A DNA stretch of 64,000 nucleotides from an uncultured Flavobacteriaceae bacterium. GTDB lineage: Bacteria; Bacteroidota; Bacteroidia; Flavobacteriales; Flavobacteriaceae. The stretch lies in the NCBI GenBank assembly GCA_949372955.1, contig CASIAX010000008.1, forward strand, positions 84,368 through 148,367, written 5' to 3'. Made by a program: the position numbers and the translations under genes. This document shows, one piece after another, positions 51,302-63,612 of this stretch. Under the pieces are notes generated by a model. That model was not told where the DNA came from. It made no database searches and worked only from the letters and a program-made list of their open reading frames with translations. The first letter of the stretch is position 1. Each line of letters starts with the position of its first letter.

Positions 51302-52071
51302 ATTTTTCCTTTAAAGACTTGAACTGCTGACCCCTCTAACCATATGTTTTCAAAACTAGGATTATTAAAATTAAATGAAACATGTAAATCCCCACCAAGA
51401 GTTATAATCTTAATTTTATTCTCGTTTACAAAACCTTTTTTAAAGGCGGATAATACTGAAGCTACAACTCCAGTTCCACAGGACAATGTCTCATTTTCCA
51501 CACCTCTCTCATAAGTTCTGACTTTAATGCAATTATTATTTATAACCTCAACAAAATTAACATTGATTCCATTATTACTAATTTTCTTTTCATTTCTAAT
51601 TTCTCTACCTTTTTTAACTACATCTAATTCATTAATTGAGTTGCAAAATTTAACAAAGTGAGGAGAACCAGTATCTAATACATAACCTCCCTCAATATTA
51701 TCAATTAAATTTACTTGATTCATCTGAAGACTAACAAGGCCATTATCTATAAAACTAGCATGCGGTCCATCTATAGCCATAAATTTTGCTTTATCTTTAA
51801 TTACATTTAGTTTTTTAGCAAAAGAAACAATACATCTTCCTCCATTACCACACATACTAGTTTCTTTACCATCGGAATTAAAGTATATCATTTTAAAATC
51901 TAAATTCTCATGATTTTCCAGAAGTATTAAACCATCTGCTCCTACTCCAATATTCCTATTACATATTTTAGAAATAAAATTGACATTGCTTTTATCAAAA
52001 AAAAGCGATCTATTATCAATTAAAATAAAGTCGTTTCCAGTTCCGTGATATTTATAAAATTTAATTTTCAT
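51298..52071 (-). CDS. dapF: Diaminopimelate epimerase
   Basis: The track ORF extends to 52095. The likely start is the ninth codon (MKIKFYKYHGTGNDFILID). Catalytic cysteines occur in SMCGNGGRC and SCGTG. Confidence 0.9.
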   Translation of the reverse strand: MKIKFYKYHGTGNDFILIDNRSLFFDKSNVNFISKICNRNIGVGADGLILLENHENLDFKMIYFNSDGKETSMCGNGGRCIVSFAKKLNVIKDKAKFMAIDGPHASFIDNGLVSLQMNQVNLIDNIEGGYVLDTGSPHFVKFCNSINELDVVKKGREIRNEKKISNNGINVNFVEVINNNCIKVRTYERGVENETLSCGTGVVASVLSAFKKGFVNENKIKIITLGGDLHVSFNFNNPSFENIWLEGSAVQVFKGKI

Positions 52072-52185
52072 CAACAACAAATATATACAATACAAGGTAA
52101 ATTATAATTGTTAAATGAACGTTAAAAGGGTTAATTCTATTTACAATTTATTATAATTTTAAAATGTTATTTAAATTAGTTAGTT

Positions 52186-53598
52186 ATGAAAAAATATCTA
52201 TTATTATTACTGTCATCTGTAATTGGAGGGTTTATTGCTGTTTATACATATGAGAAGTTAAATTCAATTCAAAGTAACGAAGAAAACAGAAAAAACCTTA
52301 TTATAACAGAGCAAATCCCTGCAAATAATGTAATTAGTTCTGCAACTCTTTTGCAAGACAGACCTGACTTCGTAGAAATAGCAGAAAAAACAATTAACTC
52401 AGTAGTACATGTAAAAAACTCTCTTTCAAGCTCTGATAGAATTAGTTTAGAGGACCTAATGTTTGGTAGAAAACAAGATAAAATGCAATTTGGCACAGGG
52501 TCTGGAGTTATTATTTCTGCAGATGGTTATATAATAACTAACGCCCATGTAATAGATGAGGCTGAAAAGATTCTAATTACCACAAATGATAATAAAGAAT
52601 TTGAGGCGAAATTAATTGGAAGTGATGAACAAAATGATATTGCATTATTAAAGATTCAAACTGAAAATGATCTACCATATGCTGTATTTGGAGATAGTGA
52701 TTCTACTAAAATCGGAGAATGGGTACTAGCAATTGGAAATCCTTTTAATTTGACCTCTACTGTTACCGCTGGAATAATTAGTGCAAAGGCTAGAAACTTA
52801 GATCTAACAGGTAGAACAACACAATCTTTTATCCAAACTGATGCTGCTGTAAATCCTGGAAATTCTGGAGGTGCATTAGTAAATACAATGGGTCAACTAA
52901 TAGGCATAAATACAGCAATTCAATCGCAAACAGGATCTTATATTGGTTATTCATTTGCCGTACCTAGTAATATTGCAAAAAAAGTTATAGAAGATTTAAT
53001 GGAGTTTGGGATCGTTCAAAATGGATTCTTAGGTGTAACAGGGACTTCTTTAAATAATACTATCGCAAAAGAATTTTCAACAAATGAAACTGAAGGTTTT
53101 TATATAAATACAGTTGAGAAGTACTCTGGAGCTGATTTAGCAGGTATAAAAAAAGGGGATATTATAAAGTATATTGATAACATAAAAATTTCAAAATTTT
53201 CTGACCTTAAAGGTTATCTAAGTACAAAAAGACCAAATGATTTAGTAATGGTTGAATTAATAAGTGAAAAAAAGAAAATAAAATTAGAAGTAACATTAAA
53301 TAAAAATGAAAGGATTTCTTTTAATGTAATAGGTATTCTAAAGAATTTATCAGATGAAGAATTAAAAAAATACAATAAATCTAGTGGCGTGAAAATATCT
53401 GATTTTAATAAAAGATATGAAAAGTATTGGACAGATTACGGAATTGAAATTGGTAACATAATAAATAGCATAAACGGAGTTAAAATTAAATCAATTAGTA
53501 ATGTACAAGATATTATAAATGAAATGAATAATTATGATCCACTTAGAATAGAGATAATTAATAGTGAAAATGAAATAGAAAGATTTAATTTTAGATAA
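52186..53598 (+). CDS. Periplasmic serine endoprotease of the HtrA/DegP/DegQ family
   Basis: 470 aa with an N-terminal anchor, the catalytic triad contexts TNAHV, DIALLK and GNSGGAL, followed by PDZ regions. Confidence 0.85.
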   Translation: MKKYLLLLLSSVIGGFIAVYTYEKLNSIQSNEENRKNLIITEQIPANNVISSATLLQDRPDFVEIAEKTINSVVHVKNSLSSSDRISLEDLMFGRKQDKMQFGTGSGVIISADGYIITNAHVIDEAEKILITTNDNKEFEAKLIGSDEQNDIALLKIQTENDLPYAVFGDSDSTKIGEWVLAIGNPFNLTSTVTAGIISAKARNLDLTGRTTQSFIQTDAAVNPGNSGGALVNTMGQLIGINTAIQSQTGSYIGYSFAVPSNIAKKVIEDLMEFGIVQNGFLGVTGTSLNNTIAKEFSTNETEGFYINTVEKYSGADLAGIKKGDIIKYIDNIKISKFSDLKGYLSTKRPNDLVMVELISEKKKIKLEVTLNKNERISFNVIGILKNLSDEELKKYNKSSGVKISDFNKRYEKYWTDYGIEIGNIINSINGVKIKSISNVQDIINEMNNYDPLRIEIINSENEIERFNFR

Positions 53599-53633
53599 AT
53601 ATTTTTTTAAATTATTAATGATATCTTCGATTA

Positions 53634-54308
53634 ATGAGAATTGATATAATAACTGCTTTACCCGATTTACTAAAAAGTCCTTTTGAGACATCTATGCTTA
53701 AAAAAAGTATTGATTTAAAGCTGGTTGATTTACACATACACAATCTAAGAGATTATACGAAAGATAATTATAAAACTATCGATGATAACCAATTTGGTGG
53801 TGGAGCTGGTATGGTCATGATGATTGAACCAATAGATAAGTGTATCAATAAATTAAAAAATGAGCGCCAGTATGATGAAATTGTATATTTGTCCCCTGAC
53901 GGAGTAAAGCTAAATCAAAAAATATCCAACAAACTATCCTTAGTGAAAAGTATTATTGTTCTTTGTGGTCACTATAAAGGTGTAGATCAGCGTGTAAGAG
54001 ATCATTTAATCACAAAAGAAATATCTATTGGTGATTACGTTTTAACTGGTGGAGAATTAGCTGCTGCTGTTTTGTGCGACTCTATTATAAGACTAATACC
54101 AGGGGTATTAAGTAATGAAACATCAGCATTAACAGATTCTTTTCAAGATGACTTGTTAGCTCCACCAATATATACGAGACCTAGAGATTATAATGGATGG
54201 AAAGTTCCTGAAGTCTTGTTAAGTGGAGATTTTCCTAAAATTGAAAAATGGAGAGAAGAAAAAGCTATGGAGGCTACCTTAAAAAAAAGACCAGATATTT
54301 TTGATTAA
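53634..54308 (+). CDS. trmD: tRNA (guanine37-N1)-methyltransferase
   Basis: 224 aa with MRIDIITALP, DDNQFGGGAGMVM and SIGDYVLTGGELAA. Confidence 0.9.
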   Translation: MRIDIITALPDLLKSPFETSMLKKSIDLKLVDLHIHNLRDYTKDNYKTIDDNQFGGGAGMVMMIEPIDKCINKLKNERQYDEIVYLSPDGVKLNQKISNKLSLVKSIIVLCGHYKGVDQRVRDHLITKEISIGDYVLTGGELAAAVLCDSIIRLIPGVLSNETSALTDSFQDDLLAPPIYTRPRDYNGWKVPEVLLSGDFPKIEKWREEKAMEATLKKRPDIFD

Positions 54309-54335
54309 AAAAAATAGATAAATAACACTTAAATA

Positions 54336-54365
54336 TTGCATGTTATTAATTTATGTTTATTTTTG
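54336..54365 (+). promoter_or_regulatory. Putative Bacteroidota sigma-A promoter for rplS
   Basis: TTG (54336-54338), a 19-nt spacer, then TATTTTTG (54358-54365, matching TAnnTTTG). This leaves a ~70-nt leader before the rplS ATG. Confidence 0.4.
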
Positions 54366-54437
54366 CAGCAAATTCGAGTTAACCTCTCAGCGATAATCGT
54401 TCATGTTGCCTCAGAATAATTTTTAAAATTAAATTAA

Positions 54438-54791
54438 ATGAGTTCATTAGTAAAATATGTACAAGACGAGTTTGTTCCGAAAAACACTTTTCCAGACTTT
54501 GGAGCTGGTGATACAATAACAGTTTATTACGAAATTAAAGAGGGTAATAAAACAAGAACACAGTTCTTTAGAGGTGTTGTACTTCAAAAAAGAGGTAGTG
54601 GTAGTTCAGAAACATTTACTATTAGAAAAATGTCTGGATCTATTGGAGTTGAAAGAATATTCCCAATTAACCTACCAGCGCTTCAAAAAATTGAAGTAAA
54701 CAAAGCAGGTAAAGTAAGAAGAGCAAGAATTTTCTACTTTAGAAATCTTACAGGTAAAAAAGCAAGAATCAAGGAAGTAAGAAGAAAGTAA
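54438..54791 (+). CDS. rplS: 50S ribosomal protein L19
   Basis: 117 aa with PDFGAGDTI.V....EG.K.R.Q.F.GVV and IRKMS.G.GVERIFP. Confidence 0.95.
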   Translation: MSSLVKYVQDEFVPKNTFPDFGAGDTITVYYEIKEGNKTRTQFFRGVVLQKRGSGSSETFTIRKMSGSIGVERIFPINLPALQKIEVNKAGKVRRARIFYFRNLTGKKARIKEVRRK

Positions 54792-55303
54792 ACTGCTTAT
54801 AAACATTTGTTAATAAGACTGGTTTACAAATAGTTAAGATCTTTATTCCAAATTTTCTTGTTTATTTAAATTCATACTATAAATTAGCTTTAGAATCATG
54901 GCTTAATGCAGTTTCGTTTACGAAATGATTGATTCTTTAAAGACGTTCTTTGAAACAATTACTTGGTTACGATCTAGATGAGATTTATCTCTAAGATCAT
55001 GAGGAAGTTCACTAAACTTAACGAAAGTATAGCATGTGAAATCCAAAAAAATGAAAGTTAAATTCAGAGCGAAAGCTTGAATAGAAACTCAAACCTAAAC
55101 AAGCTTATTTATAGCTACTAGCATTAAATAAATCTCTTGAAAAGGAAATAATCTTGTAATTAAACTGAGATATAAAGGTATTATAGATTAATCTCTTTTA
55201 GTACACTACTTTATATTTCAATTGAGTCGAATACCTCAAAATTATTTACAAGCGCAAGCTTGAAAATAATTGGTAGAAATACCACTGAAATTCGAATTCA
55301 TAA

Positions 55304-55353
55304 AAAGCCATATTAGTTCAGATTTATCTGTAATAATATGGCTTTTGTTTTTT
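55304..55353 (+). terminator. Strong intrinsic terminator 0.5 kb downstream of rplS
   Basis: AAAGCCATATTA-(18-nt loop containing CAGA-TTTA-TCTG)-TAATATGGCTTT followed by TGTTTTTT. The reverse strand also ends in a T-run (TTTTTATG). Confidence 0.7.
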
Positions 55354-55449
55354 AATAGTAAATTGATTTTTTATAGAATTTATCGCAAGCCAATTCATAT
55401 ATTTGTATGATTACAAAAAATATACATAACATTCAATCAGCAGATAATA

Positions 55450-57683
<2,234 letters not shown>

Positions 57684-57688
57684 TACTG

Positions 57689-58501
57689 TTGAATAAATTC
57701 ATTAAAATAACAGAACAAAATTCAAAGTATAACTCTATTGAAAATAAATCTGTTGATCTAATACTGAAAGAAATTAATGGTGAAGACCAATCTGTTGCTC
57801 ATAACATTAATAAAGAATTAGATTCGATAGAAAAAGTTATTCATGAAGTCATTAAATCTCTTAAGAATAATGGAAGGCTTTTTTATATTGGGTCAGGAAC
57901 AAGTGGGAGAATGGGGATTTTAGATGCTTCTGAGTGCCCTCCTACATTTGGAGTGGAGAATGTTGTTATTGGTATAATTGCAGGAGGTGATAAAGCAATA
58001 AGAAACTCACAAGAATTTGCAGAAGATTCAAAAAATCAAGGTTGGCTTGACTTGAAAGAAAAAAAAATTAATAAAAAAGATCTTGTAATAGGAATTGCAG
58101 CATCAGGAACTACGCCTTATGTAATAAATGCAATAAAAAAATGCAATGAAAACAATATACCAACAGCTTGCATTACTTGTAATAAAAATAGTCCATTAGC
58201 AAATGAATCTAAGTTTCCAATAGAAATAATAGTTGGCCCAGAATATATCACTGGAAGCTCAAGAATGAAGGCTGGTACAGCACAAAAAATGGTTTTGAAT
58301 ATGATTAGCACATCAGTGATGGTTAAATTAGGTAAGGTAAAAGGAAATTTAATGATAGATATGCAACTTTCTAACAATAAGTTAATAGAAAGGGCAATAA
58401 ATATGATAATAAGCTCTTTAAATATATCTTATTCTGATGCTGAAAAACTGATAAAAAAACACGGAAGTGTTAGAAAAGTAATTGAAAATTATAATGAATA
58501 A
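57689..58501 (+). CDS. murQ: N-acetylmuramic acid 6-phosphate etherase
   Basis: 270 aa with a TTG start. SIS-domain motifs GSGTSGRMG, ECPPTFG, AASGTTPY and TGSSRMKAGTAQK. Confidence 0.85.
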   Translation: MNKFIKITEQNSKYNSIENKSVDLILKEINGEDQSVAHNINKELDSIEKVIHEVIKSLKNNGRLFYIGSGTSGRMGILDASECPPTFGVENVVIGIIAGGDKAIRNSQEFAEDSKNQGWLDLKEKKINKKDLVIGIAASGTTPYVINAIKKCNENNIPTACITCNKNSPLANESKFPIEIIVGPEYITGSSRMKAGTAQKMVLNMISTSVMVKLGKVKGNLMIDMQLSNNKLIERAINMIISSLNISYSDAEKLIKKHGSVRKVIENYNE

Positions 58502-58766
58502 AACTCAAAAAAAAATAATAGAAAATTTTCCCAAAAGAAATGACATACGTCTAAAAAAACTTTATTCAGGTATTCAACTTTTGTGTATTTCATTAATTAC
58601 AATTATTAGTGGACCAATTTTGATTCAAATTGGATTTGTCAAATCTAAAGGCGAGGTTAATATTTACTCTATTTTAGGAGTTTTAGTTTGTGTATTAGCT
58701 ATTGTATTAATATTTACAGGAATAAAAAAGATAGGAGATTATATTTTTAACAAAAATGATAGATAA
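58482..58766 (+). CDS. Small hypothetical membrane protein (two predicted TM helices)
   Basis: 94-aa ORF overlapping the murQ end. Two hydrophobic stretches: LLCISLITIISGPILIQIGF and ILGVLVCVLAIVLIFTGI. The start may be the ATG at 58494. Confidence 0.45.
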   Translation: MKIIMNKTQKKIIENFPKRNDIRLKKLYSGIQLLCISLITIISGPILIQIGFVKSKGEVNIYSILGVLVCVLAIVLIFTGIKKIGDYIFNKNDR

Positions 58767-58820
58767 TAAATTATATTAAATAAGATTATACAATTATATT
58801 TACTGCACTAAAATACATTA

Positions 58821-60758
58821 ATGATTAATATCACACTAAATGATGGTACTTTAAAGAAATTTCAGAAAGGAATTTCGGTACTTGATATTGCGAAAAATAT
58901 AAGTGAGGGCTTTGCTAGAAATGTGATTTCAGCTAAATTTAATGATGACGCTGTAGAAACAACTACATGCCTTAGCTGTGATGGAGTATTAGAGTTTTAT
59001 ACATGGGAAAATGAAGATGGAAAAAAAGCGTTTTGGCATTCCTCTTCACATATTTTAGCTCAGGCTATACAGGAACTATATAAAGGAGTTAAACTAACAA
59101 TTGGACCAGCTATTGATAAGGGTTTTTATTATGATATAGATTTTGGTGAAAACTCCATATCTGAAAATGATTTTAAGAATATAGAAACTAAAATGCTAGA
59201 AATTGCTAGAGGTAAGCATGATTTCAGTATGAGATCTGTAAGTAAAAAAGAGGCCCTAGACTTATATTCTTTAGAAGGAAATGAATACAAGTTAGAACTA
59301 ATAAAAAACCTAACTGACGGAGAGATCTCTTTTTGTGATCATTCAAACTTTACTGATCTATGTAAAGGTGGACATATTCCTAATACTGGTATTATTAAAG
59401 CATTTAAAATTTTAAGTGTAGCAGGTGCTTACTGGAGAGGAAATGAAAAAAATAAACAATTAACTAGAGTTTATGGGATCTCATTCCCTAAACAAAAGTT
59501 ACTTACTGAATATTTAGAACAATTAGAAGAAGCTAAAAAAAGAGATCACAGAAAACTTGGTAAGCAACTAGGTTTGTTTACATTTTCTCAAAAAGTAGGC
59601 TTAGGACTTCCATTATGGCTTCCCAAAGGAGCTGAATTAAGATCAAGATTAGAGAATTTCTTGAAAGATGCACAAAAGAAAGCTGGTTATCAAATGGTAA
59701 TTACACCTCATATAGGTCAAAAAGAATTGTACATGACTTCAGGGCATTACGAAAAATATGGAGAAGATAGTTTTCAATCAATAAAAACTCCTAAAAAAGG
59801 TGAGGAATTTTTATTAAAGCCTATGAATTGTCCACATCATTGCGAAATTTATAACTCTGATAAATTCAGCTATAAAGATTTACCTATTAGATATGCTGAA
59901 TTTGGGACTGTATATAGATACGAACAAAGTGGAGAATTACATGGTCTAACAAGGGTAAGAGGATTCACTCAAGATGATGCCCATATATTTTGTACAGAAG
60001 ATCAATTAGATGAAGAATTTAAAAAAGTTATAGATTTAGTTCTTTATGTATTCAAATCATTAGGGTTTGACAACTTCAAAGCCCAAGTCTCGTTAAGAGA
60101 CCCAGATAAATCTGAAAAGTATATTGGTAGTGATGAAGTTTGGGAAAAATCAGAGAATGCAATACTAAAAGCAGTTAAAGAAAAAAACTTAAATTATAAA
60201 ATAGAAAAAGGAGAGGCAGCATTTTATGGTCCGAAACTAGATTTTATGGTTAAGGACGCATTAGATAGGGAATGGCAATTAGGAACAATTCAAGTAGACT
60301 ATAATTTACCTGAAAGATTTGATTTAACGTATAAAGGAAGTGACAATGAATTACACAGACCTGTAATGATTCACAGAGCTCCATTTGGAAGTTTAGAGAG
60401 GTTTATAGCTATATTACTTGAAAACACAGCAGGTAATTTGCCTCTATGGCTGATACCTGAACAGGTTATAATTCTTAGTATTAGCGATAAATACGAGAAA
60501 TACACTAAAAAAGTTTTAAATTTGTTAGAAATTAACGAAATTCGCGCCCTGCTAGATGACCGAAATGAAACGATGGGCAGAAAGATACGTGATGCAGAAA
60601 TGAAGAAAACTCCTTATATGATTATATTAGGGGAGAATGAGGAGAAACAAAACTGTATTTCGTTAAGGAAACATGGTGGTGAAGATTTAGGGAAAATGAG
60701 TGTTGAAGATTTTATACACATTATAAACGATTCAATAAAAAAAATATTTAATAACTAA
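58821..60758 (+). CDS. thrS: Threonine-tRNA ligase
   Basis: 645 aa with a TGS domain, an editing domain (HSSSHILA), class II motifs (FRYEQSGELHGLTRVRGFTQDDAHIF, GTIQVDYNLPERF), and an anticodon-binding domain. Confidence 0.95.
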   Translation: MINITLNDGTLKKFQKGISVLDIAKNISEGFARNVISAKFNDDAVETTTCLSCDGVLEFYTWENEDGKKAFWHSSSHILAQAIQELYKGVKLTIGPAIDKGFYYDIDFGENSISENDFKNIETKMLEIARGKHDFSMRSVSKKEALDLYSLEGNEYKLELIKNLTDGEISFCDHSNFTDLCKGGHIPNTGIIKAFKILSVAGAYWRGNEKNKQLTRVYGISFPKQKLLTEYLEQLEEAKKRDHRKLGKQLGLFTFSQKVGLGLPLWLPKGAELRSRLENFLKDAQKKAGYQMVITPHIGQKELYMTSGHYEKYGEDSFQSIKTPKKGEEFLLKPMNCPHHCEIYNSDKFSYKDLPIRYAEFGTVYRYEQSGELHGLTRVRGFTQDDAHIFCTEDQLDEEFKKVIDLVLYVFKSLGFDNFKAQVSLRDPDKSEKYIGSDEVWEKSENAILKAVKEKNLNYKIEKGEAAFYGPKLDFMVKDALDREWQLGTIQVDYNLPERFDLTYKGSDNELHRPVMIHRAPFGSLERFIAILLENTAGNLPLWLIPEQVIILSISDKYEKYTKKVLNLLEINEIRALLDDRNETMGRKIRDAEMKKTPYMIILGENEEKQNCISLRKHGGEDLGKMSVEDFIHIINDSIKKIFNN

Positions 60759-60769
60759 AATTATATACT

Positions 60770-61325
60770 ATAGCAATTAGAAGAAGAAAACCGAGAGGTC
60801 CAGCAAGGATCATCAAAGTTGACGAACATAGAATAAACAACAAAATCTTAGCACCTGAGGTTAGATTGGTAGGAGAAAACGTTGAAATAGGCGTTTATGT
60901 AAAGACAAAAGCTTTAATAATAGCTGATGATTTAGGACTAGATCTTGTTGAGATATCTCCTAAGGCTAATCCCTCCTGTTTGCAAGATTGTAGATTATAA
61001 AAAATTCTTGTACGAACAGAAAAAGAGAGAAAAAGTTATAAAGTCAAAAACAACTAAAGTTGTAATTAAAGAAATTAGATTTGGTCCTCAGACTGATAAT
61101 CATGATTATGAATTTAAGAAAAAACATTCTGAGAAATTTTTAAAAGAAGGAGCAAAATTAAAAGCTTTTGTGTTTTTTAAAGGTAGATCAATAATTTATA
61201 AGGATCAAGGTGAAATCCTCCTCCTAAGGTTAGCTCAGGATCTAGAAGAAATAGGAAAAGTTGAGCAAATGCCTAAACTTGAAGGAAAAAGAATGATAAT
61301 GTTTATAGCACCTAAAAATAAGTAA
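60770..61325 (+). CDS. infC: Translation initiation factor IF-3, with a non-AUG start and one surplus nucleotide (+1 frameshift) at 60971-60973
   Basis: The N-domain is in frame 2: (ATA 60770) [51 protein letters not shown]. The C-part is in frame 0: [31 protein letters not shown]. The track ORF 60945..61325 holds only the latter. 556 nt minus 1 gives 185 codons. Confidence 0.85.
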
Positions 61326-61352
61326 TAAATAAAAACAATTAAATTGATTGAA

Positions 61353-61552
61353 TATGCCAAAAATGAAAACAAAATCTAGTGCAAAAAAACGTTTTAAAAT
61401 AACGGGTACTGGAAAGATTAAAAGAAAACATGCTTTCAAGAGCCATATTTTGACTAAAAAATCTAAAAAAAGGAAATTAGCTTTAACACATAGTACATCT
61501 AGTACATAAAAGTGATGTGAGCAATATCAAACAACAGTTAAGATTAAAATAG
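61353..61552 (+). CDS. rpmI: 50S ribosomal protein L35, C-terminal tail out of frame (two surplus nt or one missing nt near 61497-61501)
   Basis: ATG 61353 gives [48 protein letters not shown]. As written it then reads SKYIKVM-stop (TGA 61518-61520). The conserved tail [16 protein letters not shown]-stop (61502..61552) is in another frame. Confidence 0.8.
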
Positions 61553-61633
61553 TTTAAAAGAGGTAATTATTAACCATGAATTAGGCCAAAAGAGTTTTAA
61601 ATAAAGCCGCCTAACTCAAAAAAAACAAAAAAA

Positions 61634-61978
61634 ATGCCAAGATCAGTAAATTCAGTTGCCAAAAGAGCAAGAAGAAAAAAAGTTTTAAAACAAGCCAAAG
61701 GATATTTTGGTAGAAGAAAAAATGTTTGGACAGTAGCAAAAAATGCTGTTGATAAAGCGATGCTTTATGCGTTCAGAGATAGAAGAAATAAGAAAAGATC
61801 ATTCAGAGCCTTATGGATCATGAGAATAAATGCAGCAGCTCGTTTGCACGGGATGTCGTACTCAGAGTTCATAGGTAAGATAAAGTCTAAAAATATTGAC
61901 CTAAACAGAAAAGTTCTAGCTGATTTAGCTATGAATAATCCTGAAGCTTTTAAAGCAGTAGTTGATAAAATTAATTAA
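61634..61978 (+). CDS. rplT: 50S ribosomal protein L20
   Basis: 114 aa with [30 protein letters not shown] and RINAAAR. Confidence 0.95.
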   Translation: MPRSVNSVAKRARRKKVLKQAKGYFGRRKNVWTVAKNAVDKAMLYAFRDRRNKKRSFRALWIMRINAAARLHGMSYSEFIGKIKSKNIDLNRKVLADLAMNNPEAFKAVVDKIN

Positions 61979-63492
61979 AAAGGAAGGTTCGAATCATCAG
62001 GCATTTTAAATGCCTGATTTGGATCAGGCTTAAATGTGTCATCATTTGCAGCTGCATTCATTTTAGAATGAAACTCATAAGGAGAATCAAAATCATCTAT
62101 ATTCTCAAATCTACCTAGTTCCTTAATAAACTTAAGCCTTAAATTGTCAAGACCACCATTACGGTGTTTTGCTACAATAAGTTCTGCCTGACCTTCTGTA
62201 GAAGATCGATCATCATCATCCCACTCATCAATTTTATAGTACTCTGGTCTGTAAATAAATGATACTATATCGGCATCTTGTTCAATTGCTCCAGACTCAC
62301 GTAGATCTGACAGAATAGGTCTCTTACTCCCTCCCCTAGTTTCAACAGCTCTAGATAATTGTGAAAGTGCAATTACAGGAATACTTAACTCTTTTGCTAA
62401 AGCTTTTAAATTTCTAGAAATAGTAGATATCTCTTGCTCTCTATTACCACTCTTATTGTTTCCTCCAATAGTCATTAACTGCAAATAATCAACAATTAAA
62501 AGCTTAATGCCATGTTGAGAAGATAGTCTTCTAGCTTTGGCTCTTAAATCAAATATTGAAAGTGAGGGAGAATCATCAATATAAAGAGGAGCCTTTTCTA
62601 AACTTTTTACTTTAACATTTAATTGTTCCCATTCATGCTTCTCTAATCTACCAGTTCTTAGTTTTTCAGATGAAAGTCCTGTTTCAGAAGATATCAACCT
62701 AGTAATTAACTGAACTGAGGACATTTCAAGAGAGAAAAAGGCTACAGGAATATTTTGATTCACAGCAATATTTCTAGCCATGGATAGAGTTAAAGCTGTT
62801 TTACCCATACCAGGTCTAGCAGCAATAATAACCAAATCACTTTCTTGCCAACCTGAAGTTAATTTATCAATCTTATCAAATCCTGAAGGTATACCACTTA
62901 GTCCATCTTTGTTTGATATAGCTTCGATTTTTTTCTTAGCTTGAATAACTAAACTTTGAGCTGTTTCAGAAGATTTTTTAATATTTCCTTGAGTAACATC
63001 ATACAACTTAGCTTCTGCTTTATCTAATAAATCAAATACATCCTTTGTTTCATCATAAGATTCCTCAATAATTTCATTAGATATTTTTATTAGACTTCTT
63101 TGAATATATTTTTGTAAAATAATTCTTGCATGGAACTCGATATGTGCAGATGAAGAAACTTTTTGAGTTAATGATATTAAGTAAAAATCACCTCCAGCTA
63201 ATTCTAATCTATTATCTTTCTTTAGCTGTGATGAAACAGTTAGTAAATCAATAGGTTCACTATTTTCAAATAAGGTAAGTATAGCATCAAATATATATTG
63301 GTGTCCCTCTTTATAAAACGCTTCTGAATTTAAAATATCTATAACCTCGTCAACACCTTTTTTATCAATCATCATAGCACCAAGCACAACTTCTTCTAAG
63401 TCAATAGCTTGTGGAGGTATTTTACCTTTTTCTAAATTAATAATTGAATTTCTATCAGATCTTATATTTTGATAAGGTTTAGCTTGTTTCAT
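61975..63492 (-). CDS. dnaB: Replicative DNA helicase DnaB
   Basis: 505 aa with the N-terminal domain ([16 protein letters not shown]), Walker [18 protein letters not shown], and the arginine finger region. Confidence 0.95.
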   Translation of the reverse strand: MKQAKPYQNIRSDRNSIINLEKGKIPPQAIDLEEVVLGAMMIDKKGVDEVIDILNSEAFYKEGHQYIFDAILTLFENSEPIDLLTVSSQLKKDNRLELAGGDFYLISLTQKVSSSAHIEFHARIILQKYIQRSLIKISNEIIEESYDETKDVFDLLDKAEAKLYDVTQGNIKKSSETAQSLVIQAKKKIEAISNKDGLSGIPSGFDKIDKLTSGWQESDLVIIAARPGMGKTALTLSMARNIAVNQNIPVAFFSLEMSSVQLITRLISSETGLSSEKLRTGRLEKHEWEQLNVKVKSLEKAPLYIDDSPSLSIFDLRAKARRLSSQHGIKLLIVDYLQLMTIGGNNKSGNREQEISTISRNLKALAKELSIPVIALSQLSRAVETRGGSKRPILSDLRESGAIEQDADIVSFIYRPEYYKIDEWDDDDRSSTEGQAELIVAKHRNGGLDNLRLKFIKELGRFENIDDFDSPYEFHSKMNAAANDDTFKPDPNQAFKMPDDSNLPF

Positions 63493-63612
63493 TTAGCTAA
63501 GTTAATTAAATAATAAACTGAAGAAGAGATTTAAAAACTTAACTTTTTAACTTATAATAAACATTACAGATGTTAATAAGAAGTGAAAATTGTTAATATA
63601 GGTTAGATTTTA

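Noticed and set aside
54792-55449. Tested the ORF-free stretch as tmRNA, RNase P RNA or a frameshifted gene
   Set aside because: There is no GGGG... 5' end, no tRNA-like 3' end, and no tag ORF ending in ..ALAA, so tmRNA is out. There is no GAGGAAAGUCC or ACAGAA.CCGGCUUA core (only a loose GAGGAAGUUCAC), so RNase P is out. Six-frame reading, even allowing +1 shifts, gives only 18-21-codon fragments with no protein-like similarity. It is kept as an unclassified candidate RNA in the findings.
61242-61439. 65-aa minus-strand ORF spanning the infC end and rpmI start
   Set aside because: It is antisense to two ribosomal-operon genes with strong plus-strand coding signal.
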